In this document: positions 1 through 9,440 of the stretch, in pieces
How positions within the stretch are numbered: the stretch's first letter is position 1
How the letters are laid out: every line of letters begins with the position of its first letter
Notes under the pieces: model-generated
Seen by the model: the letters and a program-made list of their open reading frames with translations, nothing else
Told to the model about the DNA's origin: nothing
The model's database searches: none
Virus record (IMG/VR): IMGVR_UViG_3300044630_004720
Reading direction: 5' to 3' (one strand)
DNA: 64,000 nt
DNA from: a virus
Lineage: Duplodnaviria; Caudoviricetes
Program-made: the position numbers and the translations under genes

Positions 1-1005
1 TATGGTCAAAATTTAATTTTTGAATCTGAAGACAGATTAAGAACCGAACAATTAATTTCAGAATCTTGGGAATTTGTAAAAAATAAAATTTACGAATCTA
101 ATCCAATAATAATTCAAGAAGAAGGTTTATGGGATGACTTTAAATCAGGAGCGGGAAAACTTTGGGATAAAACAAAAGAAGTTGCGGGTAAGGCTTGGGA
201 TAAAACAAAAGAAGTTGCGGGTAAGGCGTTTCAAGGATTGAAAGATGCTGGTAGTTGGATTTTAAATAAAGGACTACCTTGGTTTTTTGATAAGTTAGAA
301 GCGGTTCTTTTACATCCTGTGGGTATTGCAGTTGACGCCGCTTTAACCGCCATTGGTGTGGGTAAAGTAGCCGGTGCTGTTTTATGGGGAGCGTTACTTA
401 TTTGGAAAGTGTATAAATTAATAAGTGGTAAGTCCGACTCCAAAAGTATTTGGACTTATGTTGATTTACTCGTTTGTGTTATTGGTATAGCATTTTCAGG
501 AGCGGCTAAAGCAACACAAATGGCATTTAAAGCAGCTGGAGGTGCAATCGCTAAGATACCTGTATCAATTATGAAAACAGTAACTAATGTTCTTGGTAAG
601 GGAGCAAGAGGAATTTTTAATTTAATGATAAAACCAATAGAATGGTTAGGGAGTATTTTTGGTGCTGGAGCATCAAAAATGATTCAAGCATTCAAAAGTA
701 GATTCAACGGAATTTTCGACGATATTACCCGTATGTTCACGAAACCATCAACCGCAACAGCAGCAACTGTAAAAAAACCTGGATTAATTAAACAAGTTCA
801 AGCAGGAATTAAATCGGATATAACAAAACCTTGGCAGGCGGCCACAAAAGCACAAAAAATGGCGGCGGCTCGTAAGGGTGCAGTTACAGGTGGTGTTGTT
901 TATGGTTTAACAAAAGGTATTCAGGGGCTCACGGGCTCTAATAATTCAGAACCTGAAAAACTTGATTTGTCGGGTGCAAAATTTGATTTTGAAAATAGTT
1001 TATAA
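1..1005 (+). CDS. 5'-truncated Gly/Ala-rich membrane-helix protein, putative virion-internal/ejected protein
   Basis: Frame 1 is open from base 1 (YGQNLIFESEDRLRTEQLISESWEF...), so the ORF-track start at 238 is internal. Several L/I-x-E motifs, an 11-aa repeat, and hydrophobic hairpins (GIAVDAALTAIGVGKVAGAVLWGALLIW). Confidence 0.6.
   Translation, partial: YGQNLIFESEDRLRTEQLISESWEFVKNKIYESNPIIIQEEGLWDDFKSGAGKLWDKTKEVAGKAWDKTKEVAGKAFQGLKDAGSWILNKGLPWFFDKLEAVLLHPVGIAVDAALTAIGVGKVAGAVLWGALLIWKVYKLISGKSDSKSIWTYVDLLVCVIGIAFSGAAKATQMAFKAAGGAIAKIPVSIMKTVTNVLGKGARGIFNLMIKPIEWLGSIFGAGASKMIQAFKSRFNGIFDDITRMFTKPSTATAATVKKPGLIKQVQAGIKSDITKPWQAATKAQKMAAARKGAVTGGVVYGLTKGIQGLTGSNNSEPEKLDLSGAKFDFENSL
162..227 (+). 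repeat. 33-nt exact tandem repeat x2 encoding WDKTKEVAGKA
   Basis: ttgggataaaacaaaagaagttgcgggtaaggc at 162-194 and 195-227. Confidence 0.95.
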
Positions 1006-1024
1006 ATAAAAAGAAAAATTAATT

Positions 1025-2713
1025 ATGAAAAAGATAACATTAAACGAACAAATAAACAGAGCAAGGCTTCTTATGGGTTATGACTCTGAAAAAACACTTT
1101 TTGAAAATGAAGATATCATTTTTGAGGGTGAGGAAGTGATTGCCGAACAACTTAAAAATTTATTAAGAACATTTAGTGATGACGCTATTAAACTTTTAGG
1201 TGGTGAAGTGAAAGGGATGGCTATGTTTGGTGATGATGCCGTTAAAGCAACAGAATTTTTAAAGAGAGCAAGAGCAGGAAAGGCAGCGGCTGGAGAACTT
1301 GGTACTTTCACTAAAGGAATTTTAAAAGATACAAAAATGGTCAAATCTAATCCTGGCCTTTTTGATGATGCAGTTGCAAACTACACGAAAGAATTAATGG
1401 GTTCAAAAAGTAGTTTAGCAACACAATTCCAAGGAGCATCGAGAGCTGACCGTGCAATGTTATTAAAGAACGCGGGTTATCCTGAAGCAACTATTAATAG
1501 AATATTAAAACAAACTGACAATTTAGGTGCTACAGCAGCTAAATCTGCTGATGATGTTGCAGCAGGTGCCTCTAAAGTACCGGGAAAAACTCCACCTACA
1601 CCGGGAAAAACTCCACCTACACCGGGAAAAACTCCACCTACACCGGGAAAAGTTCAGGCACCTGGTCCTGGCGGACAAAAACTTATAGATAGATGGAACA
1701 AAGCGAAAGAAACAGTTAAAAATTATAAAGATGATGTATTGAAAAAGATTCAAGGATTAAAAGGTAGACTTAGTCCAAAACAATTAGCTTTATATGGATT
1801 GGCCGGATATGGTGCTTACGAATTATTATTTGGTGATAAAGGAGATGAGAAAGGTCAAGACCAAGTACTTGGTGATTGTGTGGCTAATTTACCTGGTGTA
1901 ACATTTGGAATAGGAACCGGTGATGTTGCAATTGCACAAATACCTGATGGAGTTGATGAGAAATCAAAAGGTAAAGGTGGTTTAACTTTCTGGCCGAATG
2001 GTAGAGTAATTTCAGGTGACCTTTCAGTTAGAGGTAACTACTATTGTAAAGGTGGGGCAATTAAATCGGCAGTGGCTGAGAATCAAATTAATGAAGTAGA
2101 TTATAATGGTGTACACATTGATTGGGACGGAGATAAAAAAACTGACCCAGTCCCTAATCCTAAACCTAAACCTAAATATACACCTTGTACAAGTTTCCCA
2201 ATGAAATTTGGTTGTAAGAGTGATAAGATTAGAGAGGTACAGTCTTGTTTAGAAATGCCTCAAGAAAAACAAACAGGTAATTTTGGACCATTGACACAAA
2301 AGGCATTGACAGAAAAAGGATATAGTGGTACTGAACTTTCGGAACCTGATTATTTAAAAATATTAGAGAATTGCGGAAAAACAACGGAACCAGTTAAAAG
2401 AATTAATGCGGAACCTATTAAACTTGCTCCGAGAGATATTAAACCAGCACAAATTAATCTTAGTAATTTAAAATTACCAGATATTAAAGCACCTGAAGTA
2501 AGTGACGATGTATTCTACAACGCACTAAGAAGTAATGGTAATATTATTGGTGAAGATGGTAATAACAGAATAAAATATAAAGGTCCTGATTTGGACGAAT
2601 TACAAATAGGAAAATTAGATAACGTACTAAAAGGTATGAAATATACAAGAATCAAAACACTTGAGGATATTAAAAGATATGGTTCTAAATATGTATGGTT
2701 AAAAACTAAATAA
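1025..2713 (+). CDS. Putative virion-internal protein with one TM segment, Pro-rich linker and C-terminal peptidoglycan-binding (PG_binding_1-like) domain
   Basis: N-terminus MKKITLNEQINRARLLMGY; TM-like LALYGLAGYGAYELLFG; FPMKFGCKSDKIREVQSCL...TGNFGPLTQKAL resembles the PG_binding_1 pattern. Confidence 0.55.
   Translation: MKKITLNEQINRARLLMGYDSEKTLFENEDIIFEGEEVIAEQLKNLLRTFSDDAIKLLGGEVKGMAMFGDDAVKATEFLKRARAGKAAAGELGTFTKGILKDTKMVKSNPGLFDDAVANYTKELMGSKSSLATQFQGASRADRAMLLKNAGYPEATINRILKQTDNLGATAAKSADDVAAGASKVPGKTPPTPGKTPPTPGKTPPTPGKVQAPGPGGQKLIDRWNKAKETVKNYKDDVLKKIQGLKGRLSPKQLALYGLAGYGAYELLFGDKGDEKGQDQVLGDCVANLPGVTFGIGTGDVAIAQIPDGVDEKSKGKGGLTFWPNGRVISGDLSVRGNYYCKGGAIKSAVAENQINEVDYNGVHIDWDGDKKTDPVPNPKPKPKYTPCTSFPMKFGCKSDKIREVQSCLEMPQEKQTGNFGPLTQKALTEKGYSGTELSEPDYLKILENCGKTTEPVKRINAEPIKLAPRDIKPAQINLSNLKLPDIKAPEVSDDVFYNALRSNGNIIGEDGNNRIKYKGPDLDELQIGKLDNVLKGMKYTRIKTLEDIKRYGSKYVWLKTK
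1579..1651 (+). repeat. 21-nt tandem repeat x3.5 encoding PGKTPPT
   Basis: accgggaaaaactccacctac at 1579, 1600 and 1621, partial copy at 1642. Confidence 0.95.
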
Positions 2714-2716
2714 GTA

Positions 2717-3352
2717 ATGAATAACGATATCAATAAATTAATTAGAGAAGAATTAATCAAAAAGAGAAAAAATAATCTTGTTGAATCATTAAGTCCACTT
2801 AATGATATTGATGATAGGGATTTCTTTTTTCATAGTTATATTCAAAAATCCGCCAATCTTCTTGATGAAGGATATTCTATCGAGGAAATCGAGCAAATCG
2901 CCGAAAATATGTTTACCGATAAAATATTACAAGGAGGTGGAGGAGTAGCTAAAGATATTTGGGGAAGTACAAATATTTTAGATGCTCTTTTTGGTGGTGG
3001 TTTAGGTATGATTAAAGAACAAGTAATTAGATGGGTTCTTGTTAATTTAGGTGTTGGTAAAGGTGCTGCGAACTTTTTAGCTGCGTTTTTAGAACAAACT
3101 GACCCAAGAGAACTTTTAAGACTTTTCAAAAGTCCGGAAAGTTGTACATCAGGAATGCCTAAAATATCAGATGGTTTAATGGCCGGTATCGTTAGATATC
3201 TTCAATTTGGTGAAAAGGATGTTAAATTGTTTGACCAAAATAGTGACGTTTTAGGTTTGGGATTAGGTAACGTTTTAGATGAAGTAATAACACAATCCAA
3301 CATCGGAGAAAAAGTCGGTGAAAAACTTTGTGCGGCAATATGGAAAAGATAA
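2717..3352 (+). CDS. Hypothetical Gly-rich helical protein
   Basis: 211-aa ORF in the operon; charged N-terminus with LVES/IAE, then Gly-rich amphipathic helices. Confidence 0.6.
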   Translation: MNNDINKLIREELIKKRKNNLVESLSPLNDIDDRDFFFHSYIQKSANLLDEGYSIEEIEQIAENMFTDKILQGGGGVAKDIWGSTNILDALFGGGLGMIKEQVIRWVLVNLGVGKGAANFLAAFLEQTDPRELLRLFKSPESCTSGMPKISDGLMAGIVRYLQFGEKDVKLFDQNSDVLGLGLGNVLDEVITQSNIGEKVGEKLCAAIWKR

Positions 3353-4272
3353 AAGATAAAAATTATGTAAAATCTGAGATGTTTGAAATTGAACCTCAGG
3401 ATATTAATGAAGGATTTTGGGAAAATGCTTTATTGGTTGCGGGTTTTATACCTGTAATTGGTGAAGTTGCTGACACAATTTTAATTATAAAATATTGGAG
3501 AGAGGGTAGAAAAATCGAGGCCGGATTAATGTTATTAGCATTAATACCAACGGTAGGTGATATTATAGTAAAACCATTCTTAAGATTAGGTAAAGCAGCA
3601 GGAGCATTTAAAACCGCAACTACATTTACTAAATTCATAACCGAAAATCCACAAGCAAGGGCGGCATATGCTAAGATTGGTAAACAAATGGATAATCCTG
3701 CTATTAATAAATTAGTTGCTCAAGTAGGTAAGAAGACACCACAAGGTGCGGAAGCTCTTACAGGTGCTATTGCATATCAAAAAAGTTTATTTTCAAAAGT
3801 AGGAAGTACTGTAAGTGACGCAAGTGCGAAAGTAGGTTCAACATTGGAAAGAGGTCTTGGGAAGACTATGAAACAAACATTTCAAGACAAAGCATTACAA
3901 AAATATTTAATTAAAACCGGTGGAGTTGCTCCAAGTAATTTCTTATCAAGATGGTGGAACGTTGTTTATAAAGGTAGATTAGATAGAAAAAATGCAGTTA
4001 GAAAATTAATTTTTGGAAGTAACTTATTAGGTGCTTTAGGGTTTCCTAATATTGAATCGTTAGAGAGAGCAATGGCCGACCCAAAACAAGCTGACGAGTT
4101 AATGAAAAACCCACAATTTGCACAATTTTATAATCAAGCAACAACACCCGAAGAACAACAATCAATGGCACAACCAGAACCGGAAAAAGAATCTGGTATT
4201 GGTAATTTATTAGGTGGTGCAGGTTCATTCGTTGGATTAAATGTATTAAAAAGTTTAGCTCGTTTTGTTTAA
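3328..4272 (+). CDS. Pre-toxin TG (PT-TG)-like domain protein (start codon uncertain)
   Basis: ALLVAGFIPVIGEVADTILIIKYWREGRKIEAGLMLLALIPTVGD matches the doubled (F/L)IPxxG helical-hairpin signature of PT-TG domains; preceded by DINE|G. Confidence 0.55.
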   Translation: MCGNMEKIKDKNYVKSEMFEIEPQDINEGFWENALLVAGFIPVIGEVADTILIIKYWREGRKIEAGLMLLALIPTVGDIIVKPFLRLGKAAGAFKTATTFTKFITENPQARAAYAKIGKQMDNPAINKLVAQVGKKTPQGAEALTGAIAYQKSLFSKVGSTVSDASAKVGSTLERGLGKTMKQTFQDKALQKYLIKTGGVAPSNFLSRWWNVVYKGRLDRKNAVRKLIFGSNLLGALGFPNIESLERAMADPKQADELMKNPQFAQFYNQATTPEEQQSMAQPEPEKESGIGNLLGGAGSFVGLNVLKSLARFV

Positions 4273-4287
4273 TTATGATATTTATTA

Positions 4288-4390
4288 TTAGAGTTTAATG
4301 GTTTGGTCACCATCAAACGATAATAATTGAAAAAACGAAAGGAGGTATTCAATCTCGGCAAAGGGGTCCTAAAGACCTCTTTGTTCGTTT
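4288..4390 (+). ncRNA. Candidate structured intergenic RNA (element E1)
   Basis: Hairpin gtttaatggt/accatcaaac, then a junction aaacgaa...ttcgttt enclosing gagg/tctc and caaaggggtc/gacctctttg stems. TATTTATT motif at 4279-4286 lies just upstream. Confidence 0.35.
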
Positions 4391-4413
4391 ATACCTATTT
4401 ACTATAAACGGTA

Positions 4414-5358
4414 ATGTTAAATAAGATAAAACTTCACGTATTTGGTGATTCATTCACTCAAACATTTAAATCCCACCAATCAGGAGGCTCTGCTTGGGGT
4501 AAAAAATATATGGAATATATTGGAGAGGTTCCTGATAGTTATACCGAAATAATTGCAAATCATTTTGATTTTGATTTAAAAAATCACGCAATTGGTGGGT
4601 GTTCGAATTATACAATATTTGACACATTTTTAGAAAAAAGAAAAGAAATATCCCAAGGGGACGTTGTGATTTTTGGATGGACCGCAATTAATAGATTTAG
4701 AATTGCAAATCATCAAAATAGATATGTTGATATTTTACCAAATACACCTCATCCAAAACAAAATGATGATGTTGATTTAATTACCACACAAGAAATTGCA
4801 ATTAATAGAGATTCGTATAATGTATATTGGAAAGAATTAGAAAATTTCATTATTGTGATAAATGAATTATTAAAAAGTAATCAAGTATATCATTGGTCTT
4901 GGGTACAACCGTCAACTAATGTTGTGGATGCAATATGGTCAGAAGAAAATCAAAAAGATAAAAATGTTATGATGTCTAAATCTTGGAAAAATTTAGACAT
5001 CGATGTAAAAAATGCAATTGGTAGGAGTTGTGATGTATTGTTAGATATGTCAAAACCATTTGATATTGAGGAAATAAAATCGTTGGTTAGTGATGGTAAG
5101 AGAGTTTTTGGTGTGAACGTAGAATTATGTCCATTAAGTAATTTAGGACCGTTTTATAACACTTTTAATTGTGTTGAATATAACACCACAAATCATAAAA
5201 AAGAGTGTTTCAAATTGTTTATTCCATACTATAGTTATGAAACAATTAAACAGGAGACAAATGGAAATATACCTGATATCCATTATAGTAGGAATGGACA
5301 TAAAGAATTAGCAAATACGTTTATAGATTTAATAGAAACAAAAAAACCCATCAATTGA
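4414..5358 (+). CDS. SGNH/GDSL-like hydrolase
   Basis: Block I HVFGDSFT, block II NHAIGGCSN, C-terminal DIHYSRNGH (DxH). Confidence 0.7.
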   Translation: MLNKIKLHVFGDSFTQTFKSHQSGGSAWGKKYMEYIGEVPDSYTEIIANHFDFDLKNHAIGGCSNYTIFDTFLEKRKEISQGDVVIFGWTAINRFRIANHQNRYVDILPNTPHPKQNDDVDLITTQEIAINRDSYNVYWKELENFIIVINELLKSNQVYHWSWVQPSTNVVDAIWSEENQKDKNVMMSKSWKNLDIDVKNAIGRSCDVLLDMSKPFDIEEIKSLVSDGKRVFGVNVELCPLSNLGPFYNTFNCVEYNTTNHKKECFKLFIPYYSYETIKQETNGNIPDIHYSRNGHKELANTFIDLIETKKPIN

Positions 5359-5365
5359 TGGGTTT
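5344..5365. terminator. Bidirectional intrinsic terminator between the SGNH gene and tmRNA
   Basis: Perfect palindrome aaacccatcaattgatgggttt flanked by A/T runs. Confidence 0.65.
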
Positions 5366-5371
5366 AATTTT

Positions 5372-5769
5372 TGGTGGAGGTGACGGGAGTCGAACCCGTG
5401 TCTTGCTCGTCATACCATAAACGGACTACACGTTTATTCAATTGGTTCTCAACTGACAAATAGAAGGTTAATTTCAGAAAACCTACAACACTGTTCCTAA
5501 CCGGATTTTCAAGAGCCGTCAGGTTTGCTCCAACACTCTAAGGTGGTGTTACACCGTAAGTACTTCTGTTCCTAGGTTATATGTACGTCGACCCGAGGTA
5601 GTACCTAACTTGGTTAGGCTGCTACTTTAGAAGTTGCAAGTAAACCTGCTACTTCCATTTGGTTGTAAACGTTGCCGTTTAAATTGTTTCACCATAGATT
5701 TAAGTCATAGATGAATTCTGACTACGTGCCCATTTACCATATCAACGCCAATCAATACCAAACACCCCC
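5372..5769 (-). ncRNA. ssrA: tmRNA (398 nt), tag (A)GNVYNQMEVAGLLATSKVAA*
   Basis: 5' GGGGGTG pairs with 3' CACCTCC-ACCA including a G3.U pair; T-arm ACACGGGTTCGACTCCCGT; tag ORF at 5676-5614 starts with GGC and ends in AA-stop. Confidence 0.93.
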
Positions 5770-5783
5770 AAATAAACTTAATA

Positions 5784-5815
5784 CAAATGTAGACAAAAAA
5801 GGGTTAAAAAACAAA
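5784..5815 (-). promoter_or_regulatory. Bacteroidetes-type housekeeping promoter for tmRNA
   Basis: TTTG-N20-TACATTTG on the minus strand. Confidence 0.7.
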
Positions 5816-5850
5816 TTTTAACCCATTTTATGTAAATATAAATGTATTAT

Positions 5851-6147
5851 TTATTTTTTTGGTTTTCTACCTCTTCTTGGTTCTGTGGATTTTGTTGCGG
5901 TAACTACTTGTTTTGCTTGTTTACCAACTTCCTTAACGGCTTTAACAACATCACCAGCCTCTTCTTTTACTCTTTTGGCTTTTACCTTAACTTCTTCAAC
6001 AACTTCTTTTACTTCTTCAATTTTGTTGTCAATGACATCAGGAATGTTATTACCGTCTTTGTCCTCAATTTTACCTTGTTTCATAAGAACAAACGTTATA
6101 AGACCGGCTCCGGCTAATACTGCTAAAATTAAAATTAATGTACCCAT
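5851..6147 (-). CDS. Small membrane-anchored protein with amphipathic repeats
   Basis: N-terminal TM helix, DKDGNNIPD, KEVVEEVK-type repeats; TATTTATA upstream (6165-6172). Confidence 0.65.
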   Translation of the reverse strand: MGTLILILAVLAGAGLITFVLMKQGKIEDKDGNNIPDVIDNKIEEVKEVVEEVKVKAKRVKEEAGDVVKAVKEVGKQAKQVVTATKSTEPRRGRKPKK

Positions 6148-6172
6148 AATAGATTGTTTATTTATATAAATA

Positions 6173-7720
6173 TTACCTAAGTTGGTAAAGGTTATTTAAA
6201 ACCTGACTAACCTTATTTGGTTCTAAGTCAGGAATTTCTGTTGGTCCGAATTTATGTTTTTTCTTAAAATGTTCAAACCCGATTCTGTAGTTTTTTTGCC
6301 AAGTTTCGGAACGAGCAATTGTTGAATTTTCGATACTATCGGGAATATCATCAATATATTCCCAAGATTTATTTATGTCAGCAAACCACCAATATGGGGT
6401 AGTAAATCCATTTTTAAACGCTTGTAAAGTATGGTCAACGTGTTCCCAAGCGTTTTTATACGTTGAGTCAAATAAACCTATTTTTTCAATTACCTCACGA
6501 TTATAGTAAGAAAAGGAACCGACTGAATTTGGATATAATGCCACCTCAACACCATCAGGATATGTTACAACCTGTCTTGGGTTTGGTTCAGTTAATCCGT
6601 TTTGTTTTGCTCTATCTTCTAATGTTTGGAAACCTTCAGCTCCTTTCTTATTTGCGGGTCCTTGTAAAGCGTAGTTAAGATGTTTAATACCCGTCAACAC
6701 CGATGTTTTTATGTACTTATCAAATACTTCATCAGATTTAATTAACACATCGTCTTCCATAATAAAAATGTGGTCACATCCCTGTTCCATCAAATATTGA
6801 ATTGCGGTATTTTTTGCTTGTCCAACGGATTTATTTGTTTCGTGCTGAATTATATGTGCACTCTTTGGATATGATTCTTCATTGTAAGGAGTACCGTCAT
6901 TTACAATTACAAAATGTTTAACCCAAGAAGGAACGGTCGGTGCTGATTGTACGATTCTATGTTCGGCGTTATATGTCACAATACCAAGACCAATTTTATC
7001 CTTATCGTAATTTAATTTTTCATCAAAAGTTTTATTATTAGTCATTCTAATTGGTAAAACATCTTTGAATTTTTCTTCAAATTGGATTTTGTTATCTTCC
7101 CATTGTTGGTTTGTTTGTCCAATCGATTTGTGTACAATATCAAATTTTGTGGTTACGCCAATTTTAACTCCTTGGAGATGATTATTTAAACAAAATGGAA
7201 CTTCGTAGAAATGGAATCCTTTAAATTCCTCATCAAAATTTGTTTTGATTCTATCTTTATGAACGGCAAAAAATAACCCATCGACACAAACAACTTCTTT
7301 TGGTTTTTCATTTAATGAGTCGTTCGAATATTTTGATAGCCACCTATTTCCATCTTGTTCGTGGTAAACTCTTCCTACCATAGATTTTTTTAATTCCCAC
7401 CATCTACCATTGATTAGGTCGGTTGTACCGGCAATACCAATTACACCAAATTCAGGATTTTTATCAAAAATTCTACGAATCTTCTCACCAACGGATTTTG
7501 TTTCAATAATTAAATCATCGTGCATAAACACAACGATATCATATTGTGAATCTTTTAATCCATCATTATAAATTTCTGCTAATGATGAAACTCCATCATT
7601 TTCATAAATTAATATTTGTGTTTTCGGATGTGAAAACATTTTCTCAACGTGTTTTAAATAATCATCGTTGATTTTTCTTGTTGAAATTACAACACTTACA
7701 GGTAAATTACTCTTCGACAT
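6173..7720 (-). CDS. Tandem two-domain GT-A (GT2-like) glycosyltransferase
   Basis: Two GT2-like halves: VVFMHDD and FIMEDD motifs, GIVTYN, IVNDGT. Probable start MSKSN at 7720. Confidence 0.8.
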   Translation of the reverse strand: MSKSNLPVSVVISTRKINDDYLKHVEKMFSHPKTQILIYENDGVSSLAEIYNDGLKDSQYDIVVFMHDDLIIETKSVGEKIRRIFDKNPEFGVIGIAGTTDLINGRWWELKKSMVGRVYHEQDGNRWLSKYSNDSLNEKPKEVVCVDGLFFAVHKDRIKTNFDEEFKGFHFYEVPFCLNNHLQGVKIGVTTKFDIVHKSIGQTNQQWEDNKIQFEEKFKDVLPIRMTNNKTFDEKLNYDKDKIGLGIVTYNAEHRIVQSAPTVPSWVKHFVIVNDGTPYNEESYPKSAHIIQHETNKSVGQAKNTAIQYLMEQGCDHIFIMEDDVLIKSDEVFDKYIKTSVLTGIKHLNYALQGPANKKGAEGFQTLEDRAKQNGLTEPNPRQVVTYPDGVEVALYPNSVGSFSYYNREVIEKIGLFDSTYKNAWEHVDHTLQAFKNGFTTPYWWFADINKSWEYIDDIPDSIENSTIARSETWQKNYRIGFEHFKKKHKFGPTEIPDLEPNKVSQVLNNLYQLR

Positions 7721-8462
7721 ATAATGCTTCAATATTTCCGTCATATTCTTTTAAATCTATGACGATTGGTTTATTTGATGGTGTGTATTGTTCGGTACAA
7801 ATGGCTGCGTTTACGTATAGAGTGTCTTTTATGTATACACCGCCATATCCACTATGGATGTGTCCGAATACGTGTAGTAAAGGTTTAACCTCTTCGACAC
7901 GAGCTCTCAATAATTCACAACCTACACTCACACTACCTTGCCTCCAATTACTAACAAAATCTCTCGCTTCGTGAGGTGGACTATGAGTTACGAGTACATC
8001 GGTGTCGTCGGGAATCATATCCCAATATCTTTTTAAATCATCACCAAGCCTTGGTAGATTAAATGCCCAATTATAAAACTCGGGTTGCCAAGGACTACCC
8101 CAAAATTTTACAGGTCTTTTAAATTCAGGAGACTCAATTGTAAATCCACTATCTTCAAGATAGACAACATCAGATTGTGATAGATTCTCTTCATTCATTA
8201 AATGATGAAACCAATCGTAATCACCTTTATGATGTGGGTATCTGTGATTTTCAAAAGCCCAATCGTGATTACCCGCAACAAAGATTTTTGTATTGAATTG
8301 TTTTAAGTTCATATACCAATGAACAAATTCTTCAACATCACGTTGCGTTCCCATATTTGTACAATCGCCGGCGTGAATTAGCACATCACCTTCAGGTAAT
8401 GGTCCATATTTCTCCATTTTTGCGTGGAGACTATGTGTGTCGGAAATACAAACAATTCTCAT
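7707..8462 (-). CDS. Metallophosphoesterase (calcineurin-like)
   Basis: ISDTH, HAGD, AGNHD, THSPP and FGHIH motifs. Probable start MRIV at 8462. Confidence 0.9.
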   Translation of the reverse strand: MRIVCISDTHSLHAKMEKYGPLPEGDVLIHAGDCTNMGTQRDVEEFVHWYMNLKQFNTKIFVAGNHDWAFENHRYPHHKGDYDWFHHLMNEENLSQSDVVYLEDSGFTIESPEFKRPVKFWGSPWQPEFYNWAFNLPRLGDDLKRYWDMIPDDTDVLVTHSPPHEARDFVSNWRQGSVSVGCELLRARVEEVKPLLHVFGHIHSGYGGVYIKDTLYVNAAICTEQYTPSNKPIVIDLKEYDGNIEALYVEE

Positions 8463-8494
8463 AATTAAAATATACAAAATATTTTCATAAAAGC

Positions 8495-8522
8495 AAAAAA
8501 AAAGTCAGAATTTCTTCTGACT
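8495..8522 (-). terminator. Intrinsic terminator ending the large ncRNA
   Basis: agtcagaa-4 nt-ttctgact stem followed by a long T run on the minus strand. Confidence 0.8.
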
Positions 8523-9434
8523 GAATTTGGGGCCGCACGGTCAATGTTTTTGTGAGGTCTCTTCCACCATTCAGTTTTACTAAACTGAAAAAAATAAAAA
8601 CTCTGAGATTACAAGTTTTAATAGTTGACTTTAGAAAGATTATTGTTTCCTTCCATATCCACGACCTTTTGAGTCGTACCAACCAGTGACGGTCAATTAG
8701 ATTAACCAATCCTTGAGTCATTAGATACTCTCACCATACTCATTACTCTTCGAGGTTGCCACCCCAACTCATCCTTGCGGGACTAGAGAACTTTCTCGTA
8801 ATTCACATCGGGTTTGGGACCCTTTGTGGCCGTGAACCCCTCACGACTATGTAGTCACCTGTCTCCAATGACTGACGGACACTTTTCCTTGTTTCTGTTA
8901 AGTTTGTTAAACCTTAATTAACAAAGTTTTTAGTTACCGATTTGGAAGGTAGCGGTCCGTCAACCAGCTTCTTCACCTTTTGAGCGAAGAAATACTAAAC
9001 TACCCTCTGAGACATCCCTGCCTCCACACTTTTGGACCCCTTCGAGATAAGAACCTTGGTAGATTCAAATCAAGGATTGTAACAGCACCACCTGTACACA
9101 ACCATACCTTTCGGTTTTAAGATTCCCATTGTATTGAATTCCGCAATAATATGATTGGAGGTCATATTTCTCACAACAATTCTACGAGTTATTCTTATTG
9201 GTGTTCCCACCTCAACCAAACGACCGGTATCGCTTGGTCATCAAATCACTTTCCCTACAGTGTTACCCTCAGTACTTAAGATTCAACGATATCCCGCTTG
9301 CCTACTCGAGTTCCCTTTCGGAAACCGCAAACCTAAACAACTAATTTAGATTCACTTTATACCGCTTTCACGGTTTATTTTAATCGACCATAGGCGGCCA
9401 ATATTTTTATTCAAAGAACTTTTCGTTTCCGATT
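8523..9434 (-). ncRNA. Large ornate ncRNA, probably GOLLD-like (~900 nt)
   Basis: No credible ORF; GC-richer than its flanks; many GNRA/GCAA-capped hairpins (ccgtgaaagcgg, ttccgaaagggaa, tcccgcaagga); own host-type promoter and terminator; next to a tRNA cluster. Family assignment rests on recalled resemblance, not on a covariance search. Confidence 0.6.
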
Positions 9435-9440
9435 GTTTTA

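Noticed and set aside
4298-4330. 10-codon micro-ORF MVWSPSNDNN
   Set aside because: Embedded in a hairpin, no supporting features; kept only as part of element E1.
8485-9349. ORFs 8485-8721 and 9155-9349
   Set aside because: Short, atypical composition, inside the structured RNA unit; no supporting expression signals.
8523-9434. RNase P RNA, rRNA fragment or group I intron as the identity of the large RNA
   Set aside because: GAGAAAGTTC and AACAGAA resemble RNase P elements but are in the wrong order; no interrupted host gene or rRNA signature was seen.
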